In this document: piece by piece, positions 37,954 to 45,493 of the stretch | How positions within the stretch are numbered: position 1 is the first letter of the stretch | Layout of the letters: each line of letters starts with the position of its first letter | Assembly: GCA_023255625.1 (NCBI GenBank) | Contig: JAHFLF010000001.1 | Coordinates: 357,120-404,187 of the forward strand | Direction of reading: 5' to 3' | DNA: 47,068 bases | DNA from: Candidatus Harrisonbacteria bacterium | GTDB lineage: Bacteria > Patescibacteriota > Minisyncoccia > UBA6257 > 1-14-0-10-44-23 | Made by a program: the position numbers and the translations under genes | Notes under the pieces: generated by a model | Databases searched by the model: none | The model's input: only the letters and a program-made list of their open reading frames with translations | Told to the model about the DNA's origin: nothing

Positions 37954-39015
37954 ATGAGTGATACAGACGATACAAAAGAGGAGCCCGCCCCGACGCCACA
38001 AGGGGCCGGGGCTCCGACCGAAAGCGTCGGAGTAGCTGATGATCGGGCTATTGATTTGATTCTGCGGCCATCTAAATGGGACGAGTATGTTGGCCAGGAG
38101 AAACTTAAAAAAAACCTGCGCGTGATTTTGCAGGCGGCTTTGGGCCGCGGTGAGAGCTGCGACCACCTTCTGCTGTTCGGCCAGGCCGGGCTTGGTAAGA
38201 CGACGCTGGCCAACTTAATTGCGCTCGAGCTTGGCGCTAATTTAAAGACAACTTCGGGCCCGGCGATTGAGAAGATGGGCGACCTGGCCGCTGTGCTGAC
38301 AAATCTTTCAAAAGGCGATGTGCTGTTTATTGACGAGATTCACCGGTTGAACCGGTTGATTGAAGAGGTTTTGTATCCGGCCATGGAGAGCCGCAAGCTG
38401 CATCTGATTGTGGGTAAGGGGCCGGGCGCGCGTACGGTGACGCTGGATCTGCCGGCGTTTACTTTGATTGCCGCTACAACACGGCCGAATTTAATCTCGG
38501 CACCGCTGCGTTCGCGATTTGGCGCGACATTTAAACTTGATTATTATGAGCAGCCAGACATTGAGCAAATTTTAAAGCGCTCCGCAAAAATGCTTGGGCT
38601 GACGGTTGAAGATGGAGCATTGAAGGCGGTTGCTCAAGCGTCGCGTTTTACGCCGCGCACCGCGAATCGTTTATTGCGCCGGATGCGCGACTATGCCCAG
38701 GTGCATGGCAAAGAAATCATTGATACTGACACGGCGCGGAAAACATTGGAGATGCTGGAGATTGATGAGTTGGGGCTGGAGCCGCATGACCGCCGCATTT
38801 TAGAGGTCTTGATTGATAAGTTTCACGGCGGGCCGGTAGGGCTTTCCACGCTGGCTGCGGCATTTAACGAAGACAAGGGGACGATTGAGGATGTGTATGA
38901 GCCATACCTCATGAGTATTGGGCTGATTGTGCGCACTCCAACCGGCCGGCGAGCGACAGAGAAGGCGTATGAGCATTTGGGGCGACTTGATGGGAACCAG
39001 AGTAAGTTGCTTTAG
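37954..39015 (+). CDS. ruvB: Holliday junction branch-migration helicase
   Basis: LRP..EYVGQ, GQAGLGKTTLA, FIDEIHRL, LYPAME, ATTR, PLRSRFG, TPR. Confidence 0.97.
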   Translation: MSDTDDTKEEPAPTPQGAGAPTESVGVADDRAIDLILRPSKWDEYVGQEKLKKNLRVILQAALGRGESCDHLLLFGQAGLGKTTLANLIALELGANLKTTSGPAIEKMGDLAAVLTNLSKGDVLFIDEIHRLNRLIEEVLYPAMESRKLHLIVGKGPGARTVTLDLPAFTLIAATTRPNLISAPLRSRFGATFKLDYYEQPDIEQILKRSAKMLGLTVEDGALKAVAQASRFTPRTANRLLRRMRDYAQVHGKEIIDTDTARKTLEMLEIDELGLEPHDRRILEVLIDKFHGGPVGLSTLAAAFNEDKGTIEDVYEPYLMSIGLIVRTPTGRRATEKAYEHLGRLDGNQSKLL

Positions 39016-39018
39016 ATA

Positions 39019-39093
39019 AATTTCTAATTTTCAATTTAGAAATTTCATAATTTAAGACATTGTTTGAAAATTGAGAATTAGAAATTGAAAATT
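39019..39093. repeat. Junction inverted repeat, family G (AATTTTC/GAAAATT heptamers)
   Basis: aatttctaattttcaattt / aaattgagaattagaaattgaaaatt, directly abutting ATG 39094. Confidence 0.8.
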
Positions 39094-39606
39094 ATGTTGC
39101 GTATTTCCGAGGTTCTTGCTAACCCCACCGGCACCGACAAAGGTGCAGAGTATGTAGTTATCAAAAATACTGATGGGGCTGCTATTTCGGTGAGCGGATA
39201 TAAAATAAAAAACGGCGGCGGTAAAACAATTCCAGTTTCCGGCACGATTGCTCCGCATGGAGAGCTCAAGGTCATGACCGGAGGCGTGGCACTTAAAAAT
39301 ACAGGGGATACTTTGATACTTTTGAATCCAGCGGGTGCGCAGATTGATTCGTTTACATATACAACCGCCGCCGATGGCGTTGCGCTTCAACCGGCGGCGT
39401 TTTTGACGGCCGAGATGAAGGCGGAACTATTTGAAGAGCTGGCTACAACCAGCCCGGCTGCTGGGCCACTTTCCGGCGGCGCGCCCGCCTCGGGCGGGCA
39501 AGTCTTGATTGCAATCGTCTCCGCTGCTATTCTGGCGCTACTTGCGGTCTGGGTAGTAAAACAAGTTAAGTACGATGAAATAGTTAATAGTCCCTTTGCT
39601 AAGTAA
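39094..39606 (+). CDS. Lamin-tail domain protein with C-terminal TM
   Basis: ISEVLANPTG..EYVVIKN..SGYKI..LKNTGDTLILLNP. Confidence 0.8.
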   Translation: MLRISEVLANPTGTDKGAEYVVIKNTDGAAISVSGYKIKNGGGKTIPVSGTIAPHGELKVMTGGVALKNTGDTLILLNPAGAQIDSFTYTTAADGVALQPAAFLTAEMKAELFEELATTSPAAGPLSGGAPASGGQVLIAIVSAAILALLAVWVVKQVKYDEIVNSPFAK

Positions 39607-39610
39607 TTTT

Positions 39611-39689
39611 CTGTCATTGCGAGTACCCGAAGCAATCCAGGATTTTTCTAACGACCTGGATCGCCACGCGAGTACGCTCGCGATGACAG
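39611..39689. repeat. GTCATTGCGAG-type palindromic repeat
   Basis: ctgtcattgcgag..gaagcaatccagg..cctggatcgc..ctcgcgatgacag nested hairpin. Confidence 0.8.
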
Positions 39690-39696
39690 ACTAGAT

Positions 39697-40158
39697 ATGC
39701 TTAAAAAGTCAATTCAGATTAAAAATGCAGCGGCAATGCAGAAATTTGCGGCACAGATGGCTCGCGAAATTGTCGCACAACCGTTTGACGAGCATGCGAA
39801 GGTCATCGCTTTAGTCGGCGATCTTGGGGCCGGCAAAACCACTTTTGCGCAGGGGCTTTTGCGTGAGCTCGGCGTGAAGCGCCGTGTAATTTCCCCAACC
39901 TTTCTGATTATCCGCCCCTACTCGTTACTCGTTACTCGTACTCGTTACTCTCGTGTATTCCACATTGATTGCTATCGACTTAACAATTCTGACGAATTGT
40001 TAAGTCTTGGATTTAAGGAAATACTAAAAAATCCGCAGCATATCGTTCTTATTGAATGGCCGGAGCTTATAAAAAAATATTTGCCGAAGGATACGCGCTG
40101 GGTGAAGATTGAGCATCCAGAGAAGGGGATGCACCGGTTGGTGCGGTTAATCGGTTAG
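39697..40158 (+). CDS. tsaE: tRNA t6A biosynthesis ATPase
   Basis: GDLGAGKTTF, SPTF, HIDCYRL, LIEWPE. Confidence 0.95.
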   Translation: MLKKSIQIKNAAAMQKFAAQMAREIVAQPFDEHAKVIALVGDLGAGKTTFAQGLLRELGVKRRVISPTFLIIRPYSLLVTRTRYSRVFHIDCYRLNNSDELLSLGFKEILKNPQHIVLIEWPELIKKYLPKDTRWVKIEHPEKGMHRLVRLIG

Positions 40159-40179
40159 TCAGTGATGCATAAAAGAGAA

Positions 40180-40222
40180 AGGTCCGCGGGCGACCTCTCC
40201 CTTTGGGTTGGTCGGCGGACCT
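40180..40222 (-). terminator. Probable intrinsic terminator
   Basis: aggtccgc..gcggacct stem followed on the - strand by a U-rich tract. Confidence 0.55.
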
Positions 40223-40556
40223 AGTGCGGGTCGGACAAGTTCGATGTTCGCTCTCCTGTCCAACTGAAAGGCGCATGTTGCCGCAGATACCAGAAGGTGT
40301 AGAAACCGCATAGTCCCGACGCGCCCCAGATCGCAGCGACTTCGATTGCGTCCTGTGTCTGCGGCGTGATAGCTCCAGCCATGAAGACACCCGCAGAGAC
40401 CGAAACTTGAGCTACATAGGCGATGACCCAGCAGGCCGCCGCCACTCTGTTCTTCGGGTCAGCCCAGAGCGCATACTGGGACACATATGCGCATACCCGG
40501 ATGAGTCCTGCGCCAGAGATCAACATGCTCACGAGCGCCACATACCTGGTGTCCAT
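40221..40556 (-). CDS. Small hypothetical membrane protein (about 3 TM)
   Basis: Hydrophobic helices; very strong SD (TAAGGAGGTGATCCA) immediately upstream. Confidence 0.7.
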   Translation of the reverse strand: MDTRYVALVSMLISGAGLIRVCAYVSQYALWADPKNRVAAACWVIAYVAQVSVSAGVFMAGAITPQTQDAIEVAAIWGASGLCGFYTFWYLRQHAPFSWTGERTSNLSDPH

Positions 40557-40586
40557 TGGATCACCTCCTTAGCTTCTTTTATAGCG

Positions 40587-40679
40587 CAGTATTCGCGAAC
40601 ACGCAAATATGCGCTAATATGCTAATGGAATCGGAACACTATTCGCATATTCGATTTATTAGCATGTTAGCGATTACTG
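40587..40679. repeat. Junction inverted repeat, family E
   Basis: cagtattcgcgaacacgc..gcatgttagcgattactg; 1 nt before ATG 40681. Confidence 0.85.
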
Positions 40680-40680
40680 T

Positions 40681-41553
40681 ATGAAAAAGCTTCTCCTCAT
40701 TGACTCCCACGCCCTTATCCACCGCATGTACCACGCGATGGCGCCACTCACGACTGCGCAAAACGAGCCAATCGGCGCTATTTACGGGATTAGTCAGCTC
40801 CTTTTGCGAATGCTTACCGAGACGGTGAGGCCGGATTATGTTGCTGCGTGTTTTGACCGGCCGGAGCCGACATTTCGCAAAGAGAGCTTTCCGGAGTACA
40901 AGGCGCAACGGGCGCAGACCGAGCCGGATTTAGTTAAGCAGCTGATTCGCAGCCGCGAGGTGTTTGCGCATTTTAAAATCAAATGTTTTGAATTGGCTGG
41001 CTTTGAGGCCGATGATTTAATCGCGACGCTGGCTACGAAACTGCACAACGAAAAAGATTTACAGGTGACTATTTTGTCTGGCGACCGCGACTTGTTGCAG
41101 CTCGTTGAGGACGACCACATTGTTGTCGAACTGTTCAAAAATGGCGGGGGAGAGACGACGCATATGAACGAGCAGGCAGTTATCGCCAAGTACGGGCTCA
41201 AACCAATCCAGATTATTGACCTCAAGGGGCTTATCGGCGATCCGTCCGACAATATTCCTGGTATCAGGGGCGTGGGTGAAAAAACTGCCACCCCACTCTT
41301 AAAAGAATTTGGTACCGTTGAAGGAGTATTTGAAAATCTGGTGATCGTGCCGCAAAAAACAGCGAAAAAATTTGAGGGGCAGCTAGAGATTGCGATGAAG
41401 TGTAAAAAATTAGCGACGCTCGAACATAATGCGCCGATTTTTCTTGATTCACTTGCCGATCTGCGCGCTCTGCCGCTTGATGTATCTGGGCTTACGACAT
41501 ATTTTGAGTCGCTGGGGTTTGTCTCGCTGGTCCATCGGATTGGCGCGAATTAG
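40681..41553 (+). CDS. Stand-alone 5'-3' exonuclease / flap endonuclease (PolA N-terminal-like)
   Basis: LLLIDSHALIHR, YKAQR, FEADDLI, SGDRDLLQL, GDPSDNIPGIRGVGEKTA; ends with no polymerase domain. Confidence 0.9.
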   Translation: MKKLLLIDSHALIHRMYHAMAPLTTAQNEPIGAIYGISQLLLRMLTETVRPDYVAACFDRPEPTFRKESFPEYKAQRAQTEPDLVKQLIRSREVFAHFKIKCFELAGFEADDLIATLATKLHNEKDLQVTILSGDRDLLQLVEDDHIVVELFKNGGGETTHMNEQAVIAKYGLKPIQIIDLKGLIGDPSDNIPGIRGVGEKTATPLLKEFGTVEGVFENLVIVPQKTAKKFEGQLEIAMKCKKLATLEHNAPIFLDSLADLRALPLDVSGLTTYFESLGFVSLVHRIGAN

Positions 41554-41573
41554 CGGTAACAGAAAATTCTGTG

Positions 41574-41582
41574 TGGTATAAT
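41574..41582 (+). promoter_or_regulatory. Extended -10 promoter, probably leaderless transcript
   Basis: TGG-TATAAT ending 6 nt before ATG 41589. Confidence 0.65.
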
Positions 41583-41588
41583 TTTAGC

Positions 41589-42494
41589 ATGGCTATTCGA
41601 AAACAGTTGAAGTTTTTAGGGTTTTTTAAAAAACCGGAGGTTCAGTTTTTTTTAATAATTTTAGCGCCGCTTACCGCGTTTTTTCTAGTCAGCTATCAAA
41701 ATGTTTCAGAGAAGGAGCAAGAATTTATTTTAATCGGCGTGGCTACATTAGTCGCCATGGTGTTTTTCCAAACACTTTATTCCGGCTATGAGCATTATCG
41801 TTTGAATAAACAGGAGCAGGCCTTTTTGAGCATTTCTGCTCATCAGATGCGCACACCGCTCACCGCTGTCCGTTGGCTGATGTCGGAGATAACTGCAAAT
41901 GATAACAAGCCGGAGGAGCGGAAAGATTTAGGGCGAGTTGCCGAAATAGCCATCACAAAATTGAACAACATTATTGATTCATTTTCAGCGCTGGCCAGAA
42001 TCGGCGATGCGCAGCTAGCGGAATTAAGCGAACGATTGGATATTTGCGATTTAATTGAAAAGGCAGTTACTACGGCCGAGCCGGTTTCCAGACAATATGG
42101 AGTCGCAGTTTTTTTCGAGGGGCCGTGTGAGGATCTTTATGTTAAGGTAGATCCGGTTAAGCTGGAAATTGTTTTTTCAAATTTAATTAACAACGGAGTC
42201 AAATACAATCATCGCGGCGGGATGGTTACTGTCGGGGCCAGACGCGTCGAAGGTGGTAAAAAAATTGAAGTAATGGTTCGTGATACCGGTATTGGAATTC
42301 CTGAAGCCGAGCAGGGGCGGATCTTTGGGCAGTTTTTCCGGGGCAAGCAGGCGCAGCAGATTAATCTAATCGGCGTCGGATTAGGATTGTATATGACCAA
42401 GCAGATAATTGAGCAGCACCGCGGGCAGATTTGGTTTGAATCAGCGCCCGGGAAGGGCACGACCTTTCATTTCACCTTACCCAGCAGTCGCTAA
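41589..42494 (+). CDS. Sensor histidine kinase (2 TM, HisKA + HATPase)
   Basis: SAHQMRTPLT H-box, NLINNGVKY, DTGIGI, GVGLGL, GKGTTF. Confidence 0.93.
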   Translation: MAIRKQLKFLGFFKKPEVQFFLIILAPLTAFFLVSYQNVSEKEQEFILIGVATLVAMVFFQTLYSGYEHYRLNKQEQAFLSISAHQMRTPLTAVRWLMSEITANDNKPEERKDLGRVAEIAITKLNNIIDSFSALARIGDAQLAELSERLDICDLIEKAVTTAEPVSRQYGVAVFFEGPCEDLYVKVDPVKLEIVFSNLINNGVKYNHRGGMVTVGARRVEGGKKIEVMVRDTGIGIPEAEQGRIFGQFFRGKQAQQINLIGVGLGLYMTKQIIEQHRGQIWFESAPGKGTTFHFTLPSSR

Positions 42495-42600
42495 CACGCC
42501 ACAGTAATCACTAACACGCTAATACAGACGAATACGCGAATAAAATCCGGACTCTTCTTTATTAGTATATTAGTCTTAATTAGCATTTTAGCGATTACTG
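42485..42600. repeat. Junction inverted repeat, family E
   Basis: cagtaatcactaacacgctaat (42502)..ttagcgattactg; the final G is the first base of the mutM GTG; partial extra left arm at 42485. Confidence 0.85.
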
Positions 42601-43553
42601 TGCCCGAACTTCCCGAAGTTGAAACTGTGGTTCGTGATTTACGCCGGAAAGTTGTCGGCCAGACAATTACTGCTGTTTGGACTGACTGGCCGAAACTAAT
42701 TAAGGATTTTGAGAATCAGAGTCGGCTGCATGTTTCTAAAAAAGCAGTCGCACATTTTCAGAAGCATCTTCCGGGCTTACGGATTGAACGGGTAGAGAGG
42801 CGAGCGAAAAATATTTTGATTTATCTTTCCGGCGGGCATTTGATGCTCGTACATCAAAAGATGACCGGGCATTTTCTCGTCGGTAAATGGCAGATAGAGA
42901 ATGGCAAAGCAGTTGGTATTTCGCCGCGTGAGATTGTTGAGGATTCGTATAACCATCATGTGCATTTAATTTTCTCTCTATCGCCGGTTTCTTCTTCCCA
43001 ACTAACTAAGCAACCAACTAACCAGGCAACTTATCCTATGCAGCTTGGGCTTTCAGATGTCCGAAAGTTTGCCAAAGTTTTGTTCGGTAAGCAGGAACAG
43101 ATTGAATCATTGCCCGAGCTTGCTAATCTCGGCCCGGACGCGCTCGACCCACAGCTGACCATTTCGCAATTTCGCGAAATTGCGAAATGCCAAACCCGGC
43201 CAATCAAGCAGGTCTTGATGGACCCGTTTGTAATTGCCGGGATCGGCAATATTTACTCTGACGATATTTTGTGGCGGGCCAAAGTGCATCCAAAAACACG
43301 CGCTGCGGTGCTCAAGCCGGCGCAGCTTTCGGCTATTTATAAATCAATGAGGGTAGTTTTGACTAAGGCCGTGCGGCTGCGCGGTACCTCAACCAGCGAC
43401 TTCCGCGATACCGACGGCAAAGAGGGCGGCTATACAGAATATCGGCTGGTGTATGGGCGCAAAGGCCAGCCGTGCCAGCGCTGCAAAACTCCGATTGAGC
43501 GGATGGTGATCGGTGGCCGCAGTGCGCATTTTTGTCCGAAGTGCCAACAGTAA
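42600..43553 (+). CDS. mutM: Formamidopyrimidine-DNA glycosylase
   Basis: MPELPEVE, RRAKNIL, HQKMTG, AGIGNIYSDD, C-terminal zinc finger. Confidence 0.96.
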   Translation: MPELPEVETVVRDLRRKVVGQTITAVWTDWPKLIKDFENQSRLHVSKKAVAHFQKHLPGLRIERVERRAKNILIYLSGGHLMLVHQKMTGHFLVGKWQIENGKAVGISPREIVEDSYNHHVHLIFSLSPVSSSQLTKQPTNQATYPMQLGLSDVRKFAKVLFGKQEQIESLPELANLGPDALDPQLTISQFREIAKCQTRPIKQVLMDPFVIAGIGNIYSDDILWRAKVHPKTRAAVLKPAQLSAIYKSMRVVLTKAVRLRGTSTSDFRDTDGKEGGYTEYRLVYGRKGQPCQRCKTPIERMVIGGRSAHFCPKCQQ

Positions 43554-43677
43554 TCGCCAACATGCGAATTAAGACTAATACGCTAATCGTTGCCTTGCGT
43601 GAAACTTTGCGCGGTAGTACTCTTGGAGTATTGTTTTTATTAGCATATTAGTTATATTAGCGTGTTCGTGAATACTG
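43548..43677. repeat. Junction inverted repeat, family E
   Basis: Starts with the mutM CAG-TAA; ends gtgttcgtgaatactg 3 nt before the pyrG ATG. Confidence 0.85.
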
Positions 43678-43680
43678 TTT

Positions 43681-45324
43681 ATGTTCGGCTCAAAAAAGAA
43701 TACAAAATATATTTTCGTGGCGGGCGGTGTGATGTCAGCAATCGGCAAGGGAATCACCGCCTCTTCAATTGCGAAAATTATGCAGTCGCGCGGGCTTAAG
43801 GTTACGGCGCTGAAAATTGATCCGTATGTAAATGTTGACGCGGGCACGATGACGCCGACCGAACACGGCGAGGTGTTTGTACTTGCAGATGGTATGGAGT
43901 GCGATCAGGACATGGGCAATTACGAGCGCTTTCTAGACACCGACCTGACCAGAGATAATTATATGACAACTGGTAGCGTGTATCTTTCTGTGATTACCAA
44001 AGAGCGCAATTTAGAGTATGGCGGTAGAAATGTTGAGGTGGTGCCGGATATTCCCAATGAGGTTATTGCTAAAATAGATGCAGCGGTCGCGGCGACTGAC
44101 AGCGATGTGGCCGTCGTTGAGGTGGGCGGCACGGTGGGAGAGTACCAGAATGTATTATTCCTTGAGGCGTATCGTATTTTAAAATTCCACCACCCCGGTG
44201 ACTGCGCGTTCATGCTGGTCTCCTACCTGCCGGTCTTAAACGGCGAGCTCAAGAGCAAGCCAACGCAGTATGCCGTCAGGTCGGTTAACGCCGCCGGTAT
44301 TGTGCCGGATGTTGTGATTGCACGGTCTGCTTCGGTTATTGACGCTAAACGCAAAGAGCGCATCGCGTTTAATTGCAGCTTGCATGTTGAGGAGATTATC
44401 TCTGCCCCGAATGTTGAGAGTATCTATGAGGTGCCAATTAATTTTGAAGATCAGGGGCTTGGTGAATTGCTTGCAAAAAAGTTGGGGCTTGGCGGTCGCG
44501 ACCGCGATATGAAGGAGTGGCGCGGGCTCGTTGATACAATCCACGCTGCGACCGAGCCAATTAAAATTGCAATTGCCGGAAAATATTTTACAACCGGAGA
44601 ATATGTTCTCACTGATTCATACATTTCTGTTTTGGAGGCGATTAAGCACGCCGCGTATCAGCAAGCAAGAAAACCAGTGATTGAGTGGGTGAATGTTGAG
44701 GATTTTGAAAAGGATCCTAGCCAGCTTTCCAAACTTGATCAGTATGGTGGCGTGATTGTTCCTGGCGGGTTCGGCGATCGCGGCGTAGAGGGCAAGATTG
44801 CCGTTATTCAGTATTGCCGCGAGAAAAAGATCCCGTATCTTGGGCTTTGCTACGGTATGCAGCTGATGGTTGTTGAGTATGCGCGCCATATCGCCGGCAT
44901 GACTGATGCGAATACGACGGAGGTTGATCCAAAGACAACGCACCCGGTCATTGATATTTTGCCGGAACAAAAAGAATTGCTGGCGAAAAAACAGTACGGC
45001 GCTTCAATGCGGCTTGGTAATTATCCGGCAACGCTTAAGCAGGGGACGATTGTGCGCGAGCAGTATGGCAAAGACGAGGTGATTGAGCGGCACCGGCACC
45101 GGTATGAGGTCAACCCGGAGTATATTGCCGAAATTGAAAAAGCCGGGTTGGTTTTTTCCGGCACGAGTCCGAGCCGGAAGTTGATGGAATTCGCAGAGCT
45201 ACCAAAAGACAAGCACCCGTATTTTGTCGGCACGCAGGCGCATCCGGAGCTTATTTCACGGCCGCTGCGGCCGCACCCGCTGTTTGCCGGCTTAATCGCT
45301 GCTGCTATTGACAGGAAGGTATAA
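43681..45324 (+). CDS. pyrG: CTP synthase
   Basis: KYIFVAGGVMSAIGKG, KIDPYVNVDAGTM, PGGFG, GLCYGMQ, ERHRHRYE, QAHPE. Confidence 0.98.
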   Translation: MFGSKKNTKYIFVAGGVMSAIGKGITASSIAKIMQSRGLKVTALKIDPYVNVDAGTMTPTEHGEVFVLADGMECDQDMGNYERFLDTDLTRDNYMTTGSVYLSVITKERNLEYGGRNVEVVPDIPNEVIAKIDAAVAATDSDVAVVEVGGTVGEYQNVLFLEAYRILKFHHPGDCAFMLVSYLPVLNGELKSKPTQYAVRSVNAAGIVPDVVIARSASVIDAKRKERIAFNCSLHVEEIISAPNVESIYEVPINFEDQGLGELLAKKLGLGGRDRDMKEWRGLVDTIHAATEPIKIAIAGKYFTTGEYVLTDSYISVLEAIKHAAYQQARKPVIEWVNVEDFEKDPSQLSKLDQYGGVIVPGGFGDRGVEGKIAVIQYCREKKIPYLGLCYGMQLMVVEYARHIAGMTDANTTEVDPKTTHPVIDILPEQKELLAKKQYGASMRLGNYPATLKQGTIVREQYGKDEVIERHRHRYEVNPEYIAEIEKAGLVFSGTSPSRKLMEFAELPKDKHPYFVGTQAHPELISRPLRPHPLFAGLIAAAIDRKV

Positions 45325-45337
45325 ATTGTGCTATAAA
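45308..45337 (+). promoter_or_regulatory. Putative promoter for the DGR target gene
   Basis: TTGACA-18 nt-TATAAA with a TG extension, overlapping the pyrG 3' end. Confidence 0.5.
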
Positions 45338-45493
45338 ATAAGGAGTTCTTTGAAGGCATTGAGCCGCGTAGTTTGCTTGTTTTACGATTTAAAACGAATA
45401 AACTACGCGGCTATGGATGCCGCATGTTCGCACGCCCAAATCCCGTCATAGCGACGGGTGCGGAGCGTGATTGTTCTCGGAAGGAGACCTGCG

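Noticed and set aside
40557-40571. 16S rRNA 3'-end fragment
   Set aside because: Only 15 nt match and the flanks are not rRNA-like; its position just before an ATG on the - strand fits an SD.
4288-43677. Recurrent family E/D repeats as CRISPR arrays
   Set aside because: They are dispersed, degenerate and inverted, with no regular repeat-spacer periodicity and no cas genes.
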